Source: Paraspadella gotoi (taxonomy: Eukaryota > Animalia > Chaetognatha). From it: a stretch of 64,000 bases of DNA. Of this stretch, positions 1-11,745 are shown one piece after another. The notes under the pieces were generated by a model. That model saw only the letters and a list, made by a program, of their open reading frames with translations. It was not told where the DNA came from and searched no databases. The translations under genes and the position numbers were made by a program. The stretch spans positions 18,082,992-18,146,991 of the forward strand of contig CM119267.1 of the NCBI GenBank assembly GCA_051294375.1, written 5' to 3'. Each line of letters begins with the position of its first letter. Within the stretch, counting starts at the first letter, position 1.

Positions 1-3000
1 TTTCTCGAAGGTGAACATTGCAATAAATAATATTTATTACCCGCACCTTCGCTCGATTATTTTTTATACCTAAAATTGTCTTTTCGGTCCCGTTTCCATT
101 TTGTCATACGAGTAGTATTACAAAGTTATGATTTCATCCATAGAGTAGTAGTCTTCTTTTCTGAAGAATTTTTAAAGATATTTTTTTTTCCTTTCATTGG
201 CGCGTGACGGGAGGTGGATGATAATAATGGGATTTTTTGTAAGTAAAAAAAATCCTTTATATAATCCCCCTTCCTAGCCTCCAACTATTCGAACATATAC
301 TATTGACACGATTTTATTGTACGTTGGAATTTATTGGTTTACCAACTTTTTAAAACCCGTAGAAACTTCGGAGCGACATCGCGATTTTTGCGATGTTGCA
401 ATGAAGAGGTGAATTGCTTGAGAACTGGTACACTCTCCAGTGTCTTATTTGGAAGGATTTAGCTTTTTGGTATTCATATCACGAAGAATTTCTATCCGTT
501 CCAAGCAAACAGGTAACACAAGAGTATTGTAGTTCGTCAATTTTGCTATTCGGGTAGAATTTCTATTTTTTTCCCTTTTTTAAATTTAGACTTTAAATTT
601 AGGTCAAGTTCGTTTGGCCAAGTTTTTTTATGTATGCATCTCCTATTATTAAGCCGATGAGCCCCTTTTTGGGATCATCAAAAAAAATTTAAAAAAACAA
701 AAAAATATTAAAAAAAAATATTAAAAAAATCAATCAAAACAAAAAAAATATATATATATTAGAGATGAAACACTTTTGGTGTTAACGTCCTTTATTTATT
801 TCGTTCGTTGTGTTCCTTTACTGTCTTTCGTTTGCTAAATGTTTACAGTATCCACAGTGACTTTCGTCGGGAATTTTCCAGTATTTTTGATAAGGCGTAT
901 AACAGAAGATGGTTAATTTTTTTTTTTGACTTGGCTAAACTTGGATGATTCTCTAAATCGTTTCATTCTTGGCGAAAGTTCACGGCGGATTATGTTCACA
1001 TAAGTAAATTGGTAAAGGTCTACTATGGGTGGGCAGGCTGCTTACTTTTAGACTAATGCTCAATTATTCTCTTTCTATAAGATTCTAAACATAATTTTAA
1101 ATCCTCTTTGTTAAACGGTAACCTTTTTTTTTTGTTTTGAAACGGAAACAGTTATTGTCTTTGACAAATGTTTACGATAAGCTATTATTAGGCTGTCTGT
1201 AACGAACATATCGCCACCGTTTACACTCTACTTATACTCTTTAATCCCACAAAATGATAATTGAAGATTTCTTTGTATATATTCACTTTAATCATAAAGA
1301 CTATGGTCTTCCTTATTTTACCCTTTTGCAGTCGCGAAGGAAGTTAATTTCGTGTTCTGTCCCCCCTCACTGGGCCGAGTCACGTGGGCCCTGATTTTAG
1401 CCTTTTTTTACGGCTGTTTTACATTAAATGCCGAATTTTTATCAAAAGAATTTTCTTTTTCTTTTTCTTTATCCAATTTTTGTTCTTGTAAATTTTTCAG
1501 TGGTCTTAGCCATTAAGGATTTGACCAAATATATTTTATAGGTGTATAAGCATTTTTGAAATTATTTAGCATATGATCTACTGTACCGTTGTTTTTCTTT
1601 ATGACGATGGAAGCTCATGGAGGGTTTTGAAGTAGTCTACAATGGTTTCTCTGAAATATCACCGATGCTCTCAATAAAGCCCGATGTAGTTTTAAATATT
1701 TTTGCTACCTGTGTTGCATGATAAATAAATACATGTGAACGTTTTTTTGCCTAGTTTATTGAAAATGTCCGTTTGGGTTATTATTTCAATATAGGGTGTT
1801 TCCTTTGTGCTTTTTTTATACAAGTCACTTGTAAAAATGGGCAAAGGCAAAGATAAGTTTTTTAATGATAATTAGTAACAATGATTTTATTTACCGAGAG
1901 CCTGGAGAGTTATGTCTTGTATTGTATTTCGTGCTTATATATATATATATATATACTAAAGTCGATGGCTGTCAATGCAAACGAGAAACTACAGTTAGGT
2001 TTTTCTGCCTTCTTTTTTTAATATATAGATTTCACTGATTGTTTTTATTTCTATATCGTACGTAGACGACTTCGACTCGGCAAAGTCTTTTTTTTTGAAC
2101 GATGTTGTTTTTCATATGCCTAAAGCTTTTACAAATCGTATTTGTAATCATTTTCCGCGACTTTTATAGAAAAATATTTTGATTTCTATGGACTTTGATT
2201 TCAATCAATTTCACGCGATGTATACAAATATCAGGAACTTATACACTGCAATCACGTATAAATCATTTATATTTGTTGCCTGCAAAATAAAAAGAGGGAA
2301 ACTCTTGCTTTTATTCAGCTACTCAAATTTTAGCCTGGTATATTTTTTGAACCCAGGAGCATTTTTTTTTCTTTTGTGCAGTCATAGATCGTAGATCTTT
2401 AAATTTTTACTAATAGTGTCTACTAGTTTACATTGACTTGGTAAGGGTATTTGTTTACGTGTAAAAAGCTAAGTGCTAAATGGGAAAAACCCATACTCAT
2501 TTTTTTTTTATATAGTAGCCCAATAGTAAATTTTCTAACCGTGCTTGAAACATCGGGTGGTTTTTTGTGATATCTTTGCGGTTGCTTTCTTTTTGTTTAA
2601 TTTGATTTTGTTTTCTTTACAGATATTGTTTATTTAGACGTTTACATGTTTAATCAGATAGAAATAAAAATCATTTGAAAGGAACGAGTAAAACGCGGAA
2701 AAACTGAAAACTTTCACGAGACTACGTTCCCCACCTGTTCATTGAAGATTATTTAAGTATTTGTTAAGTTCTAAACAAGCAAGTCTACTCCGATTGATGG
2801 TCGTTTCGTCTAGCTATAGATTCGTAGTTAAGGTAGACGAGTTTTGATTACTGGGTAATTAATATTTTTTACTTTCACGACTTAAAAATTCAACACAAGC
2901 CTTATCGAGCCCTGGGTGAACCGTCGCACTTCGATCCTTTCGAAGGATGACACAAAACTTTGGAAGATAAACCTGGAATTGAAATAATTGTTAGATAGGT

Positions 3001-3280
3001 TACGATTTGGGGCTATGGGAGGAGACTATTAAAAATCAAGGTCCAAAAATTTACAAAAACAAAAATTTCGGATCTAATTAACTACTTAATTTATCGTGGG
3101 CAAGTCCGACATTGTTTGCTCAAACTTGTTCTGTGTTCCATCTACTTCAATGTAATTTATTTTTATTTTACATCGAAATTTCAAAATATCCTCGTTAATT
3201 GACTTCCTAACTTTAGCAATTAGAGTTCTTGAATAAGAATATTAGTGAAAAATAATTTTTTTTACGTATTGGTTAAAAAG

Positions 3281-6200
3281 ATGAGTAACGAAATTTTAAC
3301 GGAGAAGGAGAAAGCAATAACGTTCGCCCGCTCGAGTGGAAATTTGGGCATGAGGAAATCAACGCCTCGCGCCACTCAAGAACTAAGTCGTAAAGAATCT
3401 AGATGTTTATATTTTTTTTAGTCCTTTAGTCCTATCAATGATAGTGATGTCAAGTGTTGGTTTTAAATTTGATAAATAGGAGTACTTCAGGATCGGAACT
3501 ATGAAAAAATCCCCTGAGTCAGGAATGATCGTTGAATACCCCCCCCCTCCCGAGTCTTGAGCTATTAGCTTAGCCCTATGATTGGCTGAATGTAGTCGGT
3601 GGTTACGGGGTTGCCAGTATATCGCCACAACTTATAGTTTTCATAACGAAACAACATTTCATATAAAGGTTCCTCGATTTTGGAGGAAGAACGGGAGCTC
3701 CAGGCCTACGAGCGGGGAAAATTTGCCAACTCCTTTCAGTATCTCTGCACTTGCGTCTCCTACGCGATCGGATTTTCGAACATATGGCGTTTTCCCTACC
3801 TCTGTTACAAGAATGGCGGAGGGGCTTTCCTCGTTCCCTACACAATCTCGCTCTTCATAGCGGGTCTACCGATGATGTTTCTGGAGATGGGGCTGGGACA
3901 ATTTTCTTCGCAGGGCCCTATTACAGTTTGGCGGCTGAGTCCTATGTTCGAAGGCATCGGTTGGGGACAAATTTTCGTATCGTTTTACGTTACGCTATTT
4001 TATGCGGTACTATCGGGCTACAGCTTGCTGTATCTCGTTATGTCGCTTCGAGCGCATCTTCTGTGGTCCGGCTGCGGATACTGGTGGAACGACTCACAAA
4101 AGTGCCGTACGGCAGGGGTCAACGGTACCTTCTTTAGGAGCGCAGTGGAATTACCGGCCGAAGGATTTTGGTACAAATGGATGCTGCACGACTCTGGCAC
4201 TTTGGAAGACTACGGCATTCTCGTTTGGAAACCCCTACTCGCCATCATGTTCTGCTGGATCGTTTGTTCGGCGACGCTGTCTCGGGGCGTTAAATCGATG
4301 GGAAATGCCATGTACTTCATCGCCTTGTATCCCTACGTCGCGGTCACCATTCTCGTCGTCAAAGGAATGACTCTTCCGGGTGCCGCTGAGGGGATCATGT
4401 TCTACATTCTTCCGAACTGGGGAAGGCTTTTGGATATTACAGGTGGAAATTTAATGATTGCTGGTGATTGTTGTCTGGTTTGAATAAGACTCATAAAATT
4501 AATCCAGTTTAATTATATACAGAGGTGGGACCATATATCCGGACAAATTTAAACAATTTTGAGCAAACTATGTCGTATCTGCCTACGGTAATTAAGCGGT
4601 AATCAGCTAGTCAAATGATAAATCATGATAATTCTTTCAATTTGTGATCCTAACTAATTATAACAGATCGGTGGTTGCGCCAATACATGTAAATCGCTTG
4701 CAAGGGTGTAAACTGAGCTGTTACTAGAGCCAAACTTCGTCAATGGGGTGGGTCAGAAGTTTGATTTGGGAACCTTTCCAAATGAAACTTCATACATTTC
4801 TGAGAAAACTTTCAATGGAGCAAAATTTTCTAAAATGGCAAGAAGCATTAGTAATTAATTTGTTAATATTTATTCATAGATAGGAAATGTCAAAAAATTT
4901 TTTTGGAATTTTTTATTTTTAAAAGCAGATTCAAATAGCTTATAAAAAGTTATCTACACAAAGTATAATTAGTTTTTCAATATTTTGATGATAAGTGGGT
5001 TTAAATTGAGAAAAACCTTAAAAAATCATCATCATCATCTGATCATTTTAGCAGTTTTTACTAATTTTTAGTAATAAAACATCAAAATTTTAAAAAGTTG
5101 TAATTATATTTTTAGCTTAACTTTTTAAGCTCTATCAGAATCAATTAAAAAAACTTAAAATTTCAAAAAAAAATTTTTGACATTATATAGCAATATAATA
5201 ATTATTAGAAAAGTTTGAAATGAATTTTCAACAACGATTTTATTTTTAATAAAAAACGGACATGTTTCGGCTTAACTACAAGCCTTCATCAGCATTAAAA
5301 AAGTTAACTAACTTTTTTAATGCTGATGAAGGCTTGTAGTTAAGCCGAAACATGTCCGTTTTTTATTAAAAATAAAATCGTTGTTGAAAATTCATTTCAA
5401 ACTTTTCTAATAATTATTACACAACGAAAAGAAAGGATTATACCACAATAGCAATATAATAATATTAATTAGCGAATTACTCATGGTTCGGAACATTTTT
5501 GCAAAAAAATATTTTAACACAATAATTAATACCAATAATGGATTAGTTTAATGCTGTTCCCATTAAAATTTTAATTTGGTCGGCTACCGCTACTTTTACT
5601 ATAATATAAATAATTGCACTAAGTACAAATAATTTTTTACATATTATTATTATTTTTTCAACTTGCATCATTGTTTCAAATTGCATCATTTTTCACTTTA
5701 ATTAATGAATGAATTAAGTAAGCATAAAAATTCAAGTCAACTTGACTTTGGTTTTTTCCATGCAAAGTTGCAAACTCATTTCCACTCCTCGATACCATCG
5801 AAACTTTTTATTCTGTTGAATCACACACTTTCCATTCCACACACAAAATTTTATCTCAATGATTAATTCGAGTAATTATGGGTTAAAATTAGTAAAAAGA
5901 TTCTAGTAAATGTGACTTATGTTTTTTTCATTTAAACTAATTTTCTTTCGAACAATTCCATTGAAACTTTATATCAATCTTTATATTTATATCACTTTGA
6001 TAACCACACACAAAATACCGACACATCCATTCACGAGTAATTGGAGTTTAATGCTAAGGTGGGACGGATGGACGGACATAATTTTTTTGCATAATTCATC
6101 ATCTGACATGATTTAAGACAAGATTGAGGAGGCGGACCGACGGACCGACAAAGTGGATTATAGAGTCGGGATCTGCTGATAGGCGCTTGTAATTCTCGCG

Positions 6201-9200
6201 GTTTCTAAACAGTCGAAAAGCAATGCTGGGGAGTGACAGGCACACTCAGGACCTATTCTTCAAGAGGACTAGTGGGGTGACAGTTGGTGACATCAGTAGG
6301 CCAATACACCACTGGAACTCTCGCGGTTTCTGAGCAGAAGAAGCACAGGACAAGCTTCGGTCGGCAGTAGTATGCGGGAGGCCAACAGTAAGGCGTAGTG
6401 AAAGTTACATACGAAAATTCTAAAAGTCAATTATGAACAACATACTATCAGTGAACATTAATTTGTAAAAAAAATTAATTCTATGTTTTTTAATTTTCGC
6501 AGTAAGCTATATTTATATATAGTACTATCCTTATAAAATCGAAAAAATTCAAAATATACTTTTCTTAATTTTGATTGCAGATTTGAATTCCTCGTCAAAA
6601 GTTGATAAAAAAAAATATAAATCATTTTTAAAAATTCTTAAAAATTAAAAAAACTATATTTAATATATAAAAGTTAATTTTCAGCTTAAAATATTTTTCA
6701 AAAAGAGTTATATTTCTTTTTGTCAACTTTTTATGACAAATCCAAATCTGCAAAAAAATCTTAGAAAAAACTGTTTTGAAATTTTAACATTTATTGGTTT
6801 AGTACTAGTATAAATATGGCCTACTGTGAAAATTGTAAAATTTATTATAAATTTTTTTATTATATAAATGTTAATTAATATAATATTGTTCGTTCTTCAC
6901 TTTTAGAATTTTAATTAAAGTTAAATTTAGAAATTTTACTACGCCTTAGCCAACAGTCCGGCCAATTTCATGCACAACTGATTGGAAAGACAGGGTCACC
7001 TGGAAATATCAGCACGGAATATAAAAGCCTCCAATGGTCATAAAATGTAATGAAGTAAATGTAATACAAGAACCAAAGAGCAACAGGAAATAAAACTGTA
7101 AAACAAAATGAGGCACAAATCATGAATAAGGCACGTACTATAAAGTAAACATAATACAGGGAGGTCCAGCTCTTTTGGGACTAACTTTAAAAAATCGTTT
7201 GGACGGGAAAATAAAAAAAAATTGGTACAATTGTAAATAATTGTAATGATAATACAACCAATTAAAAAGATTCACATTCGGCAACCGAGACCGAGGAGAC
7301 ATATGCTTTTGGGACCACGCCCGTTGGTATTGCTATTATTTCTATCCCTATTGTTGCTGGTCGACAGTTCATCAGGAGGTTTTGCAGTCAGAAAAACTAT
7401 GCGGCCAAAATTTCCCTAAATTTTGTAAGGAAGCGGCGCAAATATGTTATGGAAAAAGCTTTAATTACAGTTGCTTTTTTATATCGATTAAAAGAACCAA
7501 ATATAAATGTATATGAAAAGTCCATGAGTATAGGTCCCTGAATAGATGATGAAGGCATGAACGTAACCGTAACACGCTGATCATCACTCTAAAACGCTCA
7601 ATGGTTTTAAAGATCTAATTTAATATTCAAATATTTTACGCTTTTCGCTTTCAGTTGATATGATTGCTTTTATATGATGCTCATTTAGATGTAGCAAAGG
7701 CAACTACGCAGTTTTCTCCGCGCGCTTTTGAATTAAAATATTTAAAAACTTTGTTTGATTTTTTTCTCGAGCATACCTGTTAAAATCATTTACAAAATCT
7801 CTTATTTATCGTGTAAGAATGCTTCTGGCAAAGTATACAAAGCACTTTTTAAAAAAAAGGTTTATAAGTAAGAAGATATGGTTAGGGTAAGATACTACTC
7901 CGGTCAAGTTTTTATTAAAACTTATCTTTATTCTCAAAAATTAACAATGATATCGTTAGATAGATAACTGAATCATTAATCATTAGAATTCTGAATGCAT
8001 TATAGACAAATTAAGTCGGTGACAAATATACTTAATATATAATGATTTGATTTTACATTTTAAATTTAAATTTCTTTCAAATTTTAATTGACTTTACAGA
8101 AATTGAAAAGAGTTTAATTTAGATGGTTTTATAAAGCTGTTAATAAGCCCAATTGGGGTTACTTTTACTTTCTCTGACCGGGGTTAGGGAGGGGTTAGGG
8201 TTAAGGGTGGTTTAGGGTTAGGGGTTGTTTGGGTTAAGAGGGTTTAGGGTTAGGGTAATTAAATATATTTAAAAAAAAAATTTAAATAAATATTTTTAAG
8301 TGGTTTTTAAAAAGACGCCAAAGCTGCGGTCGGCGAAAGTAAAATTTAGCACAAAATTAAATATAACACAGGCCGCTATCATGTTTAAAAACAACCTGTA
8401 AAAAATATAAACAAGTATGGCTCTCAGCATATGCGATATAATGCGCGCGAATAAGAACAGCTATAAGCCTATATGTTTTTAAAAAATCCGCAATACCATT
8501 TTAAAAATAAAATTGATTTCAAATTAAAAGTAAAAAGCCACAAAAATATTTTGTCACGTTTTTTATTTTTGTATCTCAAATAAGGACATGACTTTACATT
8601 TTGTCCGAATATATGGTTCCACCTCTTTAAGTGATTAGATATGAATTCAATTTTTAAGAAATACAATTTTTTAGGAAAAAACAGTTGAGTCGAAACATGT
8701 CCGACAAAACTGTCCAATAAATCGTTGCTCGTCTCAAATAAAAACGGTTTTTTCCTAAAAATTTCAAACGCAACGAAAAGAAAGGAATTATAACAATAGA
8801 AATAAAAAAAATATTCCCTCGGTTCAGTTTGGTCCGATGCCGCCACGCAAATTTTCTTCTCACTCGGCATATGTCAAGGATCTTTGCTGACTATGTCAAG
8901 CTTTAACAATTTCCACGACAATGTTCTGCGAAATGCCACCGTCGTATCCATTATAAATTGCGCCACTTCGTTTTACCTCGGTTTCGGAGTATTCACTATC
9001 GTTTCCTATCTCTCCCATGAATACAATATTTCTCTCGACCACATCGTCGCCTCTGGCTCTAGCCTTGTCTTTATTCTTTATCCCACGGGGCTCTCCTTGC
9101 TTGACGTGAGTCCCCTGTGGAGTGCCATCTGGTTTCTCATGATGGTCATCGTGGGAGTCGGCTCAATGATCGGATGCTTTGAGACGGTCCTGGCTCCGCT

Positions 9201-9954
9201 ATCAGACCGCTTCGAGACTCTCCAGAAACACCAGCTCAAATTTCGCTTGAGCGCTTGCTTCGTCGGCTTTCTTACCTGCATCCCAATGATCTTCAACGGT
9301 GGGTTCCATCTCCTAGACGTCGTCAACACCTACGCCGGTGGTGTCAATCTTCTCTTCCTGGCGATCTGCGAGCTTATTGCCGTCGGCTACGTCTACGGCG
9401 GGGAACGCCTTCTCGAGGACATGTACATGATGATGCAGCGGAAGATCAGCAGGTGTTGGGTCATAATGTGGAAATATGTCACGCTGCTCTACATATCTTT
9501 CATCTCGATCCTGTGGATCGTCAATTACGCCAACTCCTCTGGCACCCCCCACGAGCCGGTTTGGGCGTCGACTCTCGGATGGCTCATCAGTTTTTCCACG
9601 GTGTTGCCACTCGTCGTCTTCGCCCTCTACGTCTGGGGCAAGATGTCTCACATCAACGAGCACATCTACGTGTCAACGAAGCCTCTTCCGCGTTGGGGGC
9701 CGGTGTTGCCGGAGAACCGCGTCGGCAGATATGCCGAGAAGCAAAAGGAGCTGGACGACGAGGCCCTCTACGAATCGGTGGCGACGAAGGCGGCCAAGAA
9801 AGACAGGTTTAAGTGGACCCACGTCCGGCGGGAATCTCGGGGGGCGACGGAAGGGGGTTCGATAATCAGCATGAACCCTCAAACATCCAACCATTTACCC
9901 TCTATCAAAAGAAATGGTTTAGGAGTCAATGGAAATTATCTGTACGCTACTTAA
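3281..9954 (+). CDS. SLC6 (sodium:neurotransmitter symporter family) amino-acid-type transporter, 3 exons
   Basis: Exon 1 starts at ATG 3281 (MSNEILTEKEK..., phase-1 donor near 3390 or 3405, uncertain). Exon 2 3669-4442 has YAIGFSNIWRFPYLCYKNGGGAFLVPY and LEMGLGQF. GT..AG intron 4443-8827 joins LLDIT|VWSDAATQIFFSLG. Exon 3 8828-9954 encodes TM6-12 (LVFILYP, GYVYG, WKYVT, PRWGP) and the stop. Confidence 0.95.
5255..5296 (-). ncRNA. Minimal type I hammerhead ribozyme (mirror copy in the left palindrome arm)
   Basis: Exact reverse complement of 5319-5360. Confidence 0.8.
5319..5360 (+). ncRNA. Minimal type I hammerhead ribozyme
   Basis: AAUG-CUGAUGA-A-[GGCUU GUAGUU AAGCC]-GAAA-CAUGUC-CGUU: intact core, 5-bp stem II, palindromic ACAUGU stem III, GUC cleavage triplet ending at 5356, stem I AAUG/CGUU. 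Confidence 0.85.
5772..6181 (+). mobile_element. Helentron/DINE-1-like non-autonomous repeat, copy 1 (3' hairpin truncated)
   Basis: Homologous to 27072-27406. Has GGAC/GACC microsatellite tracts and ends acaaagtggattatagagtcgggatctgctgata. The family assignment is inferred from architecture. Confidence 0.6.
6389..6948. mobile_element. hAT-type MITE (560 bp) with long imperfect internal inverted repeat
   Basis: TIR TAAGGCGTAGT...ACTACGCCTTA. Perfect 8-bp TSD GCCAACAG at 6381-6388 and 6949-6956. The internal halves are imperfect reverse complements. Confidence 0.85.
7158..7370 (+). repeat. Dispersed repeat, second copy at about 10040-10280
   Basis: ggtccagctcttttgggactaactttaaaaaatcgttt versus ggtcaagctcttttggaactaaattaaaaaaatcgttt. 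Both also share ttcggcaacc and gacc(a/g)cgccc. Confidence 0.7.
8161..8347. mobile_element. Small inverted-repeat element enclosing degenerate TTAGGG telomere-like repeats
   Basis: ttttactttctctgaccg (8163-8180) pairs imperfectly with cggtcggcgaaagtaaaa (8327-8344). GGGTTA-like units lie at 8181-8256. Confidence 0.65.
8688..8800 (+). mobile_element. Second, degenerate Penelope-like pLTR fragment
   Basis: cgaaacatgtccg...aaatcgttg...caacgaaaagaaagga(a)ttata matches 5346-5445. The CUGAUGA half of the ribozyme is absent. Confidence 0.65.
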
Positions 9955-11745
9955 ATGCTTCTCCGGGGTTTTTGGTTTTATTTTATTAAATCAGGGTTAC
10001 GCGCTAATGTTTTTATCGATTTTATAGTATTCGTCTATAAAGGTAGGTCAAGCTCTTTTGGAACTAAATTAAAAAAATCGTTTAGACTGGTAAGTAAAAT
10101 AATAATGGTATAAAAATTTGTACACTTGTAAAAAATCGCCATGACAACACAATCAATTAAATAAATTTTTCTTCGGCAACCTTGATCTTGATTCTTGTGT
10201 GCAGAAAAGGTGGCGAATGGTTTTGCGACCGCGCCCATTGAGAATGATGCCATTCCTGTCACCATTGCCGTTGTCTGAAAGTACAGTTCTTTTTATCATA
10301 AACTGATTTTGTGTTGTGTTTAGATCAGGACTCCCTGTAGAGAGGTTAGGTTAGATCCTTAGAATCTCGACTATCTCACTTTAGTGATTTACTTAACCCC
10401 TGAAATTGTAAAATTGTTTTTATATATATATAATCTTTTTATATTATTTTTTTTTTAATTTTTTTTTATTAATAGCATTTTCCTTTTATTTTCTATAGAA
10501 ATTAGCTCTTCCGTCTGTACCCACTAGATCTTCACTTGCATTGCTTTATACAAAATAGTAAATTTTTATATGATTTTGTTTTAATAAACCAAAGGTGGTA
10601 TAAACAAAAAATCATTTTAGAAATAAAATAACAATAAAATTTAGTTTAAGTATATTTACCAGAAATTTAAATTTTTTTTTTTGATAAAAAAATGGTCCTA
10701 TTAAATTTTTTTATATTTTTATCTTATTCTACTAGAGGGCTTTACAAAGAAGGAAGCTTTTTGTAAGACAAAGGGACATTTAAAATTAATTTTAACTACA
10801 CCCACTCGATCTTCATTTGTACCATTTTGAGTTATAAAATATTTTTGCAAGTAACAAAATATTATTAGTGCCACAATAACAGTTCAGTTTAAGCCGTTGA
10901 AAGTGATTTACATGTATTGGTGCAGCCACTAGTTAAGTTTTTTGTTAAATTTTAATTCTATAACATCAACTAACACTTAACAAAATGTTGTTTATAAATA
11001 GTTCTTATCCACTTGGCGTCTTGTTGATATTTAGGACCTTAATAAAATAATCATTAATCAAAGCATATAGATATTCAAACGGTCAACAAATAATACTAAA
11101 AGTAATAATCACTATAAAACACGAAGAGTTACAATTGATACTGAAGAAATACTGGACACGACCAAGTTGTATAAACGATTATAAGTCCAAAGAGTCTTGT
11201 TCAAAAAAAAAATATTCCTTAAACGGAAGAAAAAGGAGCATCTGAGTTATTGATAGTCGTCTGGACTTTACAATTTTCTTTTTTCTTGTCAGAATATGCT
11301 TCTTAACTCAGAAAATGAATTTTCTAAGATCTCTAACATCCTCATCTAAGAATCAGACACTAAACGTCGAAATGTGTATTGAAAAGCTTCAGTAAAAGTG
11401 CAAAAAAAATAAAACAATCTTAGCGATGATTTTCAATTGGTTGGAATTTTGCCGCGGGCAACACTCGACGCTGGAACCTGGGATTGAAGCATCTCTTTCG
11501 CTCAGTGACAGTCACTCGTAAAACCATCTATTTTCCTGCCTCGGGACGAACGAATGGGATAAATCGTGAAAGGAGATCGAATGTTCTCTGCCAAGCGACT
11601 CAGTGGGCGGATTCTTTTCCCGCGGATTGAAACTGGAACCCGAAGAAATCTGAAAATAAGAGTAGAGTGAGAGTAGGACATGAATAAAATTTTTTCGTGA
11701 GATCAATCGGTTTATGTATCATTCCTTCTCAAATCACTCACCAAA

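Larger units (their letters stand above)
5187..5463. mobile_element. Penelope-like element (pLTR) remnant forming a 224-bp palindrome, flanked by a 16-bp direct repeat
   Basis: Arms 5196-5306 and 5309-5419 are exact reverse complements with a 2-nt spacer. Unpaired tail at 5420-5447. Direct repeat atagcaatataataat at 5187-5202 and 5448-5463. Contains a minimal hammerhead of the kind found in PLE pLTRs. Confidence 0.8.
4810..5520. mobile_element. Degenerate foldback/MITE-like element, interrupted by the Penelope-like palindrome
   Basis: About 4849-5030 is an imperfect reverse complement of about 5040-5200 plus 5460-5480 (e.g. aatgtcaaaaaattttt / aaatttttgacatt). Boundaries are approximate. Confidence 0.6.

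Noticed and set aside
360-512. Possible small exons with AG/GT boundaries
   Set aside because: No recognisable peptide or consistent gene model.
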